DNA of 64,000 nt, taken from Fibrobacterota bacterium. Lineage in GTDB: Bacteria; Fibrobacterota; Fibrobacteria; UBA11236. Below are positions 36,712 to 46,634 of this stretch, one piece after another. The stretch covers positions 22,147 to 86,146 of the forward strand of contig JAQBPN010000084.1 of the NCBI GenBank assembly GCA_028287505.1. The letters run 5' to 3'. A program made the position numbers and the translations under genes. Numbering within the stretch: the first letter of the stretch is position 1; every line of letters begins with the position of its first letter. The notes under the pieces were generated by a model. The model did not search any database. It was not told where the DNA came from and saw only the letters and a program-made list of their open reading frames with translations.

Positions 36712-38649
36712 ATGTCGAGTGCGGAGGCATGGCGTTTCCAATGGACCGCCGCCATAGTAGTCTGTTTTGCTATGGCTCTGGATTCCGCTTCCGCCCAGGA
36801 CATGGAGAGTCTGCCTTCGCCGGGTCAATTGAAAAGAATGAGCCTGGAAGAACTGATGGACGTCAGGGTCACCCTGGTCTCCAGGCAATCCGAAAAACTC
36901 AACGAAGTCCCCTCCGCCGTCCAGGTCATCACCCAGGACGACATCCGCCGCTTCGGAGTCTTCACGCTTCCGGAGGCGTTGCGCCTGGCCACCAATCTGC
37001 AGGTGGCCCAGGTGGACGCGCGCCAATGGGCCATCAGCGCCCGCGGCCAGAACAATGTCCTGTCCAACAAACTATTGGTCATGATCGACGGGCGCACCGT
37101 CTATACGCCCTTGCACGCCGGGGTTTTCTGGGACGTGCAGAACATCATGCTGGACAACGTCGATCGCATCGAAGTCATCAGCGGGCCCGGGGGAACCCTG
37201 TGGGGGGCCAATGCCGTCAACGGCGTCATCAACATCGTCACCAAGGGCGCCGAATCCACCCAGGGCGGCTTGATCGGCGGCGGCGCGGGAACGGCCATGC
37301 AAGGCGTTGGGGCGGGGCGCTATGGCGGCAGGATCGGCAAGGACGTCTATTACCGCGTCTGGGGACGGGGTCTGCGGCACAACAGCACGGATTTCTCCAA
37401 CGGGAACGACGCCAAGAATCCCTGGGACATGTTGCAGAGCGGCTTCCGGACTGACTGGCTGCCGAAAGAAGGGGATAGGGTCACCGTTACCGGAAACCTC
37501 TATTCCGGCGATTTGGACCAGGATACTCCTTCGCCCACTGCCGTGGACGGCCAATATCTCATCGGCCGCTGGACGCGCGACTATTCCCAAGAATCCGGCA
37601 TCCAGGCCCAGGTGTATTTCGATCGCTCCGCGCGCACCATCCCGGCCATCTTTGGCGAGGATCTCCAGATTTACGATTTCGATTTCCAGCACCGGCTGCG
37701 CCTTGGCGATAGGAACGCGTTGATCTGGGGAACGGGTTACCGCTTCATGCGGGACGATGTGGTCAACAGCCCGGCCCTCGCATTCGTGCCGGGCCACAAG
37801 GACTTGAGCCTCTTCAACGGCTTTCTCCAGGATCAGATCATGCTGATCCCGGAGAGATTGCGGCTGATAGTGGGCAGCAAGCTCGAGCACAACGATTATT
37901 CCGGATTCGAAGTGATGCCGTCGGGGCGTCTGGCCTTCACGCCCGATGACCGCCAGACCATATGGGGAGCCGTCTCCCGGGCGGTGCGCTCCCCCAGCCG
38001 CATCGACGTGGACCTGTATCTGCCCGGCCCGCCGGTCCCGGCGGACTCCATCAGGTTGGAAGGCGGCCCCGGCTTCAAGGCCGAGGACCTGACCGCCTAT
38101 GAGGCGGGTTATCGGGTGGTGCCGATGCCGAACGTAACGGCTTCCCTCTCGGCCTTCTACAACTGGTACGATAATCTCCGCATTTTCGAGCCGGTGGGCG
38201 GCAATGTGATCCAATTCACCAACGGTTCGAAAGGCGAGGTGCGCGGGGTGGAGCTCTCCGCGGGCTGGCAGGCGATGGCGTGGTGGCAGCTCAAAGGCGG
38301 CTATACCTATCTGCAAGAGGAGTTCTGGACCAAGCCGGGCCATATCGAGCTCGCTTCCCCCGGAAGCCAGGGCGACGATCCGGATCACCAATTCCTGGTG
38401 CAGTCGATGATGGACCTCCCTGCGGGTTTTCAGCTCAACGGCGCCGTGCGTTACGTCTCCGCGCTTCCTTCCCCCGCCGTTCCCTATTACTCCACTTTCG
38501 ATCTGAGCGTAGTCTGGATGTTCCATTCCTTCACTTTTTCCATCGTGGGGCATGACCTCGCGGAGAAGAGCCATGCGGAATTCGGCCCGGTAACGACGCG
38601 AAACGAGGTTCCCCGTTCGGTTTCGGCGAGGGCCTCATGGCGTTTTTGA
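36712..38649 (+). CDS. TonB-dependent receptor
   Basis: MSLEELMDV, AVQVITQDDI, LLVMIDGR, DRIEVISGPGGTLWGANAVNGVINIVTK, C-terminal ASWRF. Confidence 0.93.
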   Translation: MSSAEAWRFQWTAAIVVCFAMALDSASAQDMESLPSPGQLKRMSLEELMDVRVTLVSRQSEKLNEVPSAVQVITQDDIRRFGVFTLPEALRLATNLQVAQVDARQWAISARGQNNVLSNKLLVMIDGRTVYTPLHAGVFWDVQNIMLDNVDRIEVISGPGGTLWGANAVNGVINIVTKGAESTQGGLIGGGAGTAMQGVGAGRYGGRIGKDVYYRVWGRGLRHNSTDFSNGNDAKNPWDMLQSGFRTDWLPKEGDRVTVTGNLYSGDLDQDTPSPTAVDGQYLIGRWTRDYSQESGIQAQVYFDRSARTIPAIFGEDLQIYDFDFQHRLRLGDRNALIWGTGYRFMRDDVVNSPALAFVPGHKDLSLFNGFLQDQIMLIPERLRLIVGSKLEHNDYSGFEVMPSGRLAFTPDDRQTIWGAVSRAVRSPSRIDVDLYLPGPPVPADSIRLEGGPGFKAEDLTAYEAGYRVVPMPNVTASLSAFYNWYDNLRIFEPVGGNVIQFTNGSKGEVRGVELSAGWQAMAWWQLKGGYTYLQEEFWTKPGHIELASPGSQGDDPDHQFLVQSMMDLPAGFQLNGAVRYVSALPSPAVPYYSTFDLSVVWMFHSFTFSIVGHDLAEKSHAEFGPVTTRNEVPRSVSARASWRF

Positions 38650-39194
38650 AGGGCAAAGCCGCTTGGGTGCTGGTCGCGATGGTTCTCCTGGGACTTCCGG
38701 GCTTGGCCGCGCAGGCGTCCCCGGACCGTGAACATCGGATCAAAGCCGTCTTCCTTTTCAATTTCGCTCAGTTCGTGCAATGGCCGGACAGCGCTTTCGC
38801 CGGGCCGGAGGATCCGTTGGTGGTGGGAATCCTGGGGGAGGATCCCTTCGACACCTATCTGGACGAGGTGGTGCGCGGCGAGAAAGTGAACAACCGCTCC
38901 ATCGTCGTAAAGCGCTACAAACGCATCGAAGACGCCAAAGGATGCCATGTGCTTTTCATAAGCGATTCGGAAATCCCCAGGACCGAGGCCATCTTCGCGG
39001 CCCTCAAGTCGAGCCATATCCTGACCGTGGGGGAATCGGATCTGTTCTTCCAGCGCGGGGGCATGGTCTGTTTCGCCACCGAGGCGGGCCGGATCCGCCT
39101 CAAGATCAACCTGGAAGCGGTCCAGGACGCGGAGCTCGTCGTGAGTTCGAAACTTCTCAGGCTTGCGGACGTCGCGGGTCCGCGCAAGGAGTAG
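38637..39194 (+). CDS. yfiR: YfiR family periplasmic protein
   Basis: EHRIKAVFLFNFAQFVQWP, CHVLFIS, LTVGE, GGM, INL, SSKLLRLA. Confidence 0.9.
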   Translation: MAFLKGKAAWVLVAMVLLGLPGLAAQASPDREHRIKAVFLFNFAQFVQWPDSAFAGPEDPLVVGILGEDPFDTYLDEVVRGEKVNNRSIVVKRYKRIEDAKGCHVLFISDSEIPRTEAIFAALKSSHILTVGESDLFFQRGGMVCFATEAGRIRLKINLEAVQDAELVVSSKLLRLADVAGPRKE

Positions 39195-39197
39195 CCG

Positions 39198-41573
39198 ATG
39201 GCATTCGGGAACATGCGCCTGCAGCAACGGCTGATGGCCATCATGCTCCTGACGAGCGCTTCGGTGTTGGTGCTCACCTGCGCCGGATTCTTCGCCTACG
39301 AATTCCTCACTTTCCGCCGATCCACCGTCCGCCAATTGTCCACTGTCGCGGCCATCATAGCCGACAACAGCACCGCCGTTCTCGCCTTCGCGGATAGGCC
39401 CGGCGCCCGGGAAATCCTTTCCGCGCTGAAGGCGGAGCCCCACATCACCGAGGCCGCCCTTTATGATGAAAACGGCAACGTGTTTTCCATCTACCCGGAG
39501 GGGCGCGGAGCGGCCGGGATACCCTCCGTTCCCGCCGCGGATGGATTCCGTTTCGAACAATCCTTTTTGATCGGCTTCCAGCCGGTGGTCCAGAACGATC
39601 GCCGCCTGGGCACTTTGTACGTGCAATCGGATCTGAAGGCCGTGTCCGCGCGCTTCCGCTTGTACGGCGCGGTGGCGGCCCTGGTTGCCGCGGTGGCCTT
39701 TCTGGCATCCTATCTTCTCTCCCGGGCCTTGCAGCGTCAGATCTCCGCGCCCATCATGGCGCTGGCGGAAACGGCCCAGGCGGTTTCCGATCGGCGCGAT
39801 TACTCCGTGCGGGCCCGCCGGATCGGGGACGGCGAGCTGGGGCTCCTGACGGATTCGTTCAACCAGATGCTCAACCAGATCCAGGAACAGCTGGGCCGCA
39901 TGGAGCTTCTCAACCAGATTACCCGCGCCATCGGCGAACGCCTCGATCTCTCGAGCGTTTTCCAGGTGATGACCGGCGCCCTGGAAAACGACCTGCCGGT
40001 GGATTTCGTTTGCGTGTGCCGCTACGATGCCGCGCAGGACCGCCTGACGGTGACGAGCGTGGGAGCCAAATCCGGCGCCCTGGCCGCCGAACTGGGCTTG
40101 ACCTCGCAAGCGCGCATGCAGGCGGAGGGGAGCGGACTGGAAAAATGCCTGCGCGGGGAAATGGTCTACCATGCGGATGTATCCGGAACCGGCTCCCCCT
40201 TCGCGGAGCGCCTGGTCGCGCAAGGCTTGCATTCGTTGGTGCTTGCGCCCCTGATTGTCGAAAGCGGCGTGTTCGGGGTCCTGATAGCCGCGCGCCGCAT
40301 GCCGGATGGATTCAGCGCGATGGACCGCGAGTTCCTGCGGCAGTTGAGCGATCATGCGGCCCTGGCGGCGCATCAGGCCCATCTTTACGGGGCATTGCAG
40401 CAAGCCTATGAGGATTTGCGCCGTTCCCAGCAGGCGGTGATGGAACAGGAGCGCTTGCGGGCCCTGGGACAGATGGCCAGCGGCATAGCGCACGACATCA
40501 ACAATGCCATCTCCCCGGCGGCCCTGTATACGGAATCAATCCTGGAAAGCGAAACCGGGCTGAGCCCCAAAGCGCGGGAACAGTTGCAGACCATCGCCCA
40601 CGCCATCGAGGACGTGTCCGCCACGGTGGGGCGCATGCGCGAGTTCTCCCGCAAGAAGGAGCCGATGATGGCGCTGGTGCCCGTGCAGCTCAACCGCTCC
40701 CTGCAGCAGGTGATCGATCTCACGCGCGCCCGCTGGCACGACACGCCGCAGCAGCGGGGGTTCGTCATCAAGATCGAGACCGAACTGGACCAGAGCCTGC
40801 CCGTGGTCATGGGCGTGGAAGGGGAAATCCGCGAAGCCTTCACCAACCTGTTCCTGAACGCTTTCGACGCCATGCCGGAGGGCGGCACCCTGACCCTGCG
40901 GACGCGCGTCGTGCGCAATACCCTCGTATGCGTGGAGGTGTCCGATACGGGCGCGGGCATGGACGAGGAGACGCGGCGGCGATGCCTGGAACCCTTCTAC
41001 ACCACCAAGGGCGAGCGGGGCACAGGGCTGGGGCTGGCCATGGTGTACGGCGTGACCGAGCGCCATGGGGCGGATCTGGAGATCGACAGCGAGGTGGGCA
41101 AGGGAACCACCATGCGGCTGATATTCCCGGTGGCGCAGTATGCGGCCGTGGAGGCCGCGCCGTCCCCGCAGGCTCCCGCCGCGCCGGTCCATGTCCGCGT
41201 CCTGGTGGTGGACGACGATCCGCTGGTGGCCAAGGTATTGCGGGATACCATGAAGACGGACGGCCATGACGTTTCCACCGCCAACGGCGGCCAGGCCGGC
41301 ATCGACGCCTTTTTGGCGGCGCAGAAGGCGGGCGCGCCGTTCGACGTGGTCATGACGGATCTGGGAATGCCGTACGTGGACGGCCGCAAGGTGGCGGCCG
41401 CGGTGAAGAAGGCTTCGCCCGCGACGCCGGTGATTCTGCTGACGGGTTGGGGGCAAAGCCTCTTGGCGGATGGAGACATGCCGGCCCACGTGGACCGGCT
41501 CCTGAGCAAGCCGCCCAAGATTGCGGAATTGCGGGAAGCCTTGATGCTCTCCGTGCCGCAAACCGTGCGCTAG
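39198..41573 (+). CDS. Hybrid sensor histidine kinase (TM-CHASE8-TM-HAMP-GAF-HisKA-HATPase-REC)
   Basis: AFADRPGAREILSAL (CHASE8-like), HAMP GELGLLTDSFNQM, H-box AHDINN, NLFLNAFDAM, DTGAGM, PFYTTK, GTGLGL, REC VDDD..TDLGMP..SKP. Confidence 0.93.
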   Translation: MAFGNMRLQQRLMAIMLLTSASVLVLTCAGFFAYEFLTFRRSTVRQLSTVAAIIADNSTAVLAFADRPGAREILSALKAEPHITEAALYDENGNVFSIYPEGRGAAGIPSVPAADGFRFEQSFLIGFQPVVQNDRRLGTLYVQSDLKAVSARFRLYGAVAALVAAVAFLASYLLSRALQRQISAPIMALAETAQAVSDRRDYSVRARRIGDGELGLLTDSFNQMLNQIQEQLGRMELLNQITRAIGERLDLSSVFQVMTGALENDLPVDFVCVCRYDAAQDRLTVTSVGAKSGALAAELGLTSQARMQAEGSGLEKCLRGEMVYHADVSGTGSPFAERLVAQGLHSLVLAPLIVESGVFGVLIAARRMPDGFSAMDREFLRQLSDHAALAAHQAHLYGALQQAYEDLRRSQQAVMEQERLRALGQMASGIAHDINNAISPAALYTESILESETGLSPKAREQLQTIAHAIEDVSATVGRMREFSRKKEPMMALVPVQLNRSLQQVIDLTRARWHDTPQQRGFVIKIETELDQSLPVVMGVEGEIREAFTNLFLNAFDAMPEGGTLTLRTRVVRNTLVCVEVSDTGAGMDEETRRRCLEPFYTTKGERGTGLGLAMVYGVTERHGADLEIDSEVGKGTTMRLIFPVAQYAAVEAAPSPQAPAAPVHVRVLVVDDDPLVAKVLRDTMKTDGHDVSTANGGQAGIDAFLAAQKAGAPFDVVMTDLGMPYVDGRKVAAAVKKASPATPVILLTGWGQSLLADGDMPAHVDRLLSKPPKIAELREALMLSVPQTVR

Positions 41574-41598
41574 CCCCGGGCTTCCCGCCCGGGCGCAA

Positions 41599-42558
41599 TC
41601 AATTAATACCGATATATTCCGTGCCCACCGCTACGTCGTCCACGTACATGGTGGAAGGCTGGCTGGGGCTTGAGCAGCTGTTGCCGTGGGCGGAGTTGGA
41701 GTACCAGCCGCCCAGGCGGATGCGGTTCAGTTTCACCGTCGCGCCGCCTTTGCCGCGGATGTTGATTCCGGTCTTGGAGGCCGCTTCCACGCCGTCCACC
41801 CAGATCTTCACCCAGCCGTCGTTCCTGCCGGGCGTGTTCAGGAACACCTGGTATTCGATGGCGTACCAGCGGTTGCGCTGGAACGTGCGCGTCGAAGTCA
41901 GGTTGCCCCAATCGAAGCCCACCGGGCGGCCGTTGAAGAACAGGCCCATATCGGACATGTCCGTGGTGCCGCATTGGTTGACGCCGCCATTGCTGCGCAC
42001 CGTCATCACGATGTCGATATCGTTCAGCTGGGTGGCCTCGTTGAAGGACTGCACGCGGGCGATCTTCACGCCCTGCCCGAAGTCATAGCCCGTCCCGAAG
42101 TAATAATAGGCGCGCACGTCCACGACGTTGGCGGAAAGCGTCAGGGAGGTGCCGGCCACGTCTTCGTTCTTGGCGTAGGTCACGGCCAGGGACTTGTTTC
42201 CGGAATGATGGATTCCATTCTCATTCAGCTTGGCGCCCCAGGAACCGATGCCGCCGTACTCTCCGCAGGCGGCGGTGGCGTAACCGGAGGAACTGCGGGC
42301 TCCCCAACAGGAAGACGTCTGATCCTCGAAGTCGCTGCGCCACAGGAGCGGGTAGCCGGATAGCTTCGCCAGCGCCTCGCCGGGCACATCGGAGAGGACT
42401 TTCGGGCCCAGGGGCGCCAGGTCGGCTTCGTTATAGGCTTCGGACATGGGTGAAGAGCTTTCGGATTGGATCGGACTCGATGACGCCGACATGAAATCGC
42501 AGGCGTTGAAGCCGAGGGTGAGGGAAAGCGCGAACGCGGGATAGAGAAGTGAACGCAT
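41599..42558 (-). CDS. Lipoprotein with polysaccharide-lyase-like (jelly-roll) domain
   Basis: Lipobox FNAC; RAYYYF..YDF..K, RWYAIEYQVFLNTPGRNDGWVKIWVDG, YVDDVAV. Confidence 0.65.
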   Translation of the reverse strand: MRSLLYPAFALSLTLGFNACDFMSASSSPIQSESSSPMSEAYNEADLAPLGPKVLSDVPGEALAKLSGYPLLWRSDFEDQTSSCWGARSSSGYATAACGEYGGIGSWGAKLNENGIHHSGNKSLAVTYAKNEDVAGTSLTLSANVVDVRAYYYFGTGYDFGQGVKIARVQSFNEATQLNDIDIVMTVRSNGGVNQCGTTDMSDMGLFFNGRPVGFDWGNLTSTRTFQRNRWYAIEYQVFLNTPGRNDGWVKIWVDGVEAASKTGINIRGKGGATVKLNRIRLGGWYSNSAHGNSCSSPSQPSTMYVDDVAVGTEYIGIN

Positions 42559-43075
42559 GAAGTCCTTCCAGGAACGAATTCCGGCTGGGGTGATTGCCGA
42601 ACCGTCAAGAGGCCGCTGCGTCGGTCCGGCTCCCCCTGATGGATTCGGGAGAGCCGGATGGAAGCGGATTGAGTCTCCAAGGACTCGGCTGACATGATTT
42701 TAAATATTAGCGGATCCGGAAACCACCCGGGATGGAAACTTTTACCTTTCTCTGAACAAATCGGCGCATACGGCCGCCAAAGCCCGCCGTTGCTGGGATG
42801 CAGGCGGTCAGAGAACGGTCAGGGAATTTTTACAGGGTAACTTTAGGGGTACCTCGCCGCCGCCGCCCCGTTTCCCGGCGGACCGGTCCATTGGTAACGT
42901 TCGCGTTACCGTGCATCTCCCGGAACGGCCTCCGGAGAGGTACCGGATCCTCCCCGGGACGGCATCCAAACCGCCCGGATCGCCCCTTGGGAGCCGTTTT
43001 GCCCGCGCCCCGACCCCGCTTTGGCCGGACATCGGCCCATTTCGGCCCCGGTCCGGGGTAAGTATCTTTACCCCG

Positions 43076-45760
43076 ATGCCATCCCCCACTTTCCGCGACA
43101 TTCTCGAGACCTTGCCTTCCGAATACCGTTCCGACAACGGGTTCCTGCTGGAGTCGTTCCTGGATTGGGCCCGCCTGCGCGGCCTGTCCCTGTATCCGGC
43201 CCAGGAGGCCGCCGTCCTGGAGCTCTTCGAGGGCAAGAATGTCATCCTCAACACGCCCACCGGCTCCGGAAAATCCCTGGTGGCCTCCGTGCTGCACTTC
43301 CAGGCCCTGGCCCAGGGCCGCCGGTCCGTCTACACCTGTCCCATCAAGGCCCTGGTGAACGAAAAGTGGATGGCCTTGTGCAGGGAGTTCGGCCCGGAAA
43401 ACGTGGGGCTGTCCACCGGGGACGCCACCGTGAACCGGGACGCGCCCATCCTCTGCTGCACGGCCGAAATCCTGTCCAACATGGCCCTGTCCGAAGGCGA
43501 AGACAGCCCCATCCGAGAAGTGGTGATGGACGAGTTCCACTATTACAGCGATCGGGATCGCGGCGTCGCCTGGCAGGTGCCGCTCTTGACCATGCCCCGG
43601 GCGCGCTTCCTGCTGATGTCGGCCACTCTGGGCGAGACGGTATTCTTCGAAGAGGCGCTCACCAGGCTCACGGGGCTTCCCACCGTGGCGGTCCGATCCC
43701 AGGATCGCCCGGTGCCCTTGTCCTTCCACTATGCGGAAACCGCCTTGTCCGAAACCGTCCTGCGCTTCGCCACGGAGGGCAAGGCTCCCGTGTACGTGGT
43801 CCACTTCACCCAGGCCGACGCGGCCCGCAACGCCCAGAGCTTCACCAGCCTTGACCTTTGCACCAAGGAGGAAAAGAACGCCCTCTCCGCCGCGGTGGAA
43901 GGCTTCCGCTTTTCCAGCCCTTATGGGCCCGATCTCAAGCGCTGGCTGCGCCAGGGGATAGGCCTGCATCACGCCGGCCTGCTTCCCAAGTACCGCATCC
44001 TGGTGGAGAAGCTGGCCCAGCAGGGCCTGCTCAAGGTGATTTGCGGCACGGACACCCTGGGGGTGGGCGTGAACGTGCCCATCCGCACCGTGCTCTTCAC
44101 CCAGCTCTGCAAATACAGCGGCGACAAGACCGCCATCCTTACCGCCCGGGACTTCCACCAGATCTCCGGGCGCGCGGGCCGCAAGGGTTTCGATGATCAC
44201 GGATACGTGGCCGCCCAGGCTCCCGAACACGTGATCGAAAACCTGAAGCTGGCGGCCAAGACTTCCCAGTCCGGAAAGAAATTCGTCAAGCGCCAGCCTC
44301 CGGAAAAGGGCTACGTGCCCTGGGACAAAGGCACTTTCGAACGCCTGATCGTCGCCCAGCCGGAGCGGCTGGTGTCCCGCTTCCAGGTCACCCATGCCAT
44401 GCTGCTCAATGTTCTGGGGCGCAAGCCGGGCCCCGGCCAGGCCGGAGACGGATGCCGCGCCATGCGCAACCTCATCACGGACAGCCACGAATCCGCCAAG
44501 GACAAGGCCGCCCACCGCAAGCGCGCGTTCCAGTTGTTCCGGTCGCTGGTGGAGCGGGGTATCGTGGAAATTACCCCGTCCGCGGGACGCGGGGCGGCGG
44601 CCGGGGAAGCCGGCCCGGGACGGAAATCCAAGCTGCGCGTGAACGTGGACCTGCAGCAGAATTTCTCCATGGACCAGACCCTTTCCCTGTACCTGCTGGA
44701 CACGCTTCCCCTTTTGAACCCGGAACTCCCCGAGCACCATCTGGACGTGCTCACCCTGGCCGAGGCCATCCTGGAGGATCCGGACCTGGTGCTGCGGCGC
44801 CAGTTGGACATGCTCAAGACCGAGCGCATGGCGGAATTGAAGGCCCAGGGCATGGAGTTCGATCAGCGTATCGCGGAGCTGGACGCCATGGAGCATCCCA
44901 AGCCTTTGCGTGAATTCATCTACCAGACCTTCAATGCCTTCACGGAAAAGCATCCCTGGGTGGGCGGCGGGAACATCCGGCCCAAATCCATCGCCCGGGA
45001 GATGCTGGAAGGTTACTACACCTTTTCCGGCTACATCAAACGCTATGGACTGGAACGATCGGAAGGCTTGCTGCTGCGGCATCTGAACAGCGTTTACAAG
45101 GTGCTGGCCAATACCATCCCGGAATCCGCCAAGACCGATCCGGTGCGGGAAACGGAAGTCTTTTTCGGAGATCTCGTCCGGCGCGTGGATTCCAGCCTGT
45201 TGGAGGAATGGGAGCGGCTGATGGATCCGGACTTCAAACCCGTGGAACGCTCCGAGCCCTTGCCTCCCGGGGCGGAGGAGGCCGCGCGCGCGGCGGCGCG
45301 AGACGTAACGGCGGATGCCAAGACCTTCACCGCGGCCATCCGGGCCCGGGTATTCAGCTTTCTGGCTTCACTGGCGCGTTACGATACCGCCGGGGCATTC
45401 GAAGCCTTGTCGGAAGGATTGGGCGACGCCGGAACGGCCGCGACCGGCGGGGCCCAAGGCGCCGCTGCGTTGGCGATGGCCGCCCTGGCGGGGGGAGAGA
45501 ATGCGCCTTGGACGGAAGATCGGGTGCGCAAGGCCTTGGATGAATATCGCGCCGACCATGGAATGTTCCGCCTGGATCCGGAAGGACGATCGGCCGTCCA
45601 CACCGTGGTCGATCGGGCCGCGCACGCGGGGGCATGGCGCGTGGATCAAATGCTGCAGGATCACGAAGGCCACAATGACGGGAAGGCGGTGTTCGAGGTT
45701 GATTTGGCCGCGTCCCGGGCGGCCGGGGCTCCGGTCATGAGGCTGACCGGATTCGGTTGA
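43076..45760 (+). CDS. Ski2-like DEAD/DEAH box helicase with DUF3516
   Basis: [54 protein letters not shown]. Start ATG 43076. Confidence 0.9.
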   Translation: MPSPTFRDILETLPSEYRSDNGFLLESFLDWARLRGLSLYPAQEAAVLELFEGKNVILNTPTGSGKSLVASVLHFQALAQGRRSVYTCPIKALVNEKWMALCREFGPENVGLSTGDATVNRDAPILCCTAEILSNMALSEGEDSPIREVVMDEFHYYSDRDRGVAWQVPLLTMPRARFLLMSATLGETVFFEEALTRLTGLPTVAVRSQDRPVPLSFHYAETALSETVLRFATEGKAPVYVVHFTQADAARNAQSFTSLDLCTKEEKNALSAAVEGFRFSSPYGPDLKRWLRQGIGLHHAGLLPKYRILVEKLAQQGLLKVICGTDTLGVGVNVPIRTVLFTQLCKYSGDKTAILTARDFHQISGRAGRKGFDDHGYVAAQAPEHVIENLKLAAKTSQSGKKFVKRQPPEKGYVPWDKGTFERLIVAQPERLVSRFQVTHAMLLNVLGRKPGPGQAGDGCRAMRNLITDSHESAKDKAAHRKRAFQLFRSLVERGIVEITPSAGRGAAAGEAGPGRKSKLRVNVDLQQNFSMDQTLSLYLLDTLPLLNPELPEHHLDVLTLAEAILEDPDLVLRRQLDMLKTERMAELKAQGMEFDQRIAELDAMEHPKPLREFIYQTFNAFTEKHPWVGGGNIRPKSIAREMLEGYYTFSGYIKRYGLERSEGLLLRHLNSVYKVLANTIPESAKTDPVRETEVFFGDLVRRVDSSLLEEWERLMDPDFKPVERSEPLPPGAEEAARAAARDVTADAKTFTAAIRARVFSFLASLARYDTAGAFEALSEGLGDAGTAATGGAQGAAALAMAALAGGENAPWTEDRVRKALDEYRADHGMFRLDPEGRSAVHTVVDRAAHAGAWRVDQMLQDHEGHNDGKAVFEVDLAASRAAGAPVMRLTGFG

Positions 45761-45775
45761 AAGTTCCGGGAGGGG

Positions 45776-46003
45776 TTATTTCCGCGACCGTACCAGGTCC
45801 GATACGGGGACTTCCAGGGCAATCGCGATCTTGTTCAGGGAACTCAATCTCGGATCCGCCTTGAGATTCAGGATCCGGCTGATAAGGGATTTCTGGATTC
45901 CGGTAGAACTGGCGAAGTTATCGATGCTGGAGAATTCGCCTTGCTTGATCTTCTTCTCGATCAGGCGTCTTATGTTTTCAGCTATGGTTTGTCTATCGTG
46001 CAA
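45776..46003 (-). CDS. XRE/Cro-family helix-turn-helix regulator
   Basis: IAENIRRL..FASSTGIQKSLISRIL..PRLSSLNKIAIALEVPVSDL. Confidence 0.85.
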   Translation of the reverse strand: MHDRQTIAENIRRLIEKKIKQGEFSSIDNFASSTGIQKSLISRILNLKADPRLSSLNKIAIALEVPVSDLVRSRK

Positions 46004-46100
46004 TGTGGTTCAGCCTTCGAGTGCAAAGGTACGGATTAAGAACCGTCCTTGAGTTCTATTGATAGAACAAACGCCATTACCTATACTTTCATCTGGACAC

Positions 46101-46484
46101 ATGAACTCTCCTGCACCCGGACAAAATCTTCCCGTCAACGCAGAACTCACCGTCATAGAGGATAGGTGGGAAGTCAGTTGTACCGGCGCGTTCCAACGCG
46201 GCGATGTCATCGCGCTCATCGACACCATCTCGGCCCGGATGGACCGACGGCCCGAGGTCAGAAAATGCCTGGTGGATATCCGGGAAGCGGAAGTGACCCT
46301 CGGAATCATGGGCGAATACATCATCGGCGAATATGCGGCCAAGAAGCTGGTCGGTTTGAGAATCGCATTGATCCAGGATGCCGGGCAGGTGAAAAAACTG
46401 ATGGAAGACACCGCCTATAACCGGGGATTACGGATCTTGATGGTAAATGGCCATGAAGACGCCCTGGCCTGGTTGAACAAATAA
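46101..46484 (+). CDS. Hypothetical STAS/SEC14 (SpoIIAA-like) small protein
   Basis: KCLVDIRE, RIALI, EDTAYNRG, EDALAWL. Start uncertain (46059 or 46101). Confidence 0.6.
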   Translation: MNSPAPGQNLPVNAELTVIEDRWEVSCTGAFQRGDVIALIDTISARMDRRPEVRKCLVDIREAEVTLGIMGEYIIGEYAAKKLVGLRIALIQDAGQVKKLMEDTAYNRGLRILMVNGHEDALAWLNK

Positions 46485-46634
46485 ATAGCCGCTTCGCATA
46501 AAACCAATCTACCCCCGTAAAACCCCTCTGTAAGCACCATTTTGCTTGGTGCTGTAATCTTTCCGCCAATTCACCTGGTATTTTCCAGTCACTAACGGGT
46601 AAGCATATATGGCATAGGGGATCCCCCTACGCAG

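Noticed and set aside
38487-40493. Long antisense ORFs (also 42830-45082, 47187-49250, 37072-38574, 59355-61124)
   Set aside because: They lie opposite well-supported genes, are typical of high-GC codon bias, and show no motifs.
42911-46003. Helicase plus XRE as an anti-phage defence system
   Set aside because: DUF3516 Ski2-like helicases are widespread stand-alone genes; the XRE is convergent and no nuclease or effector is adjacent.
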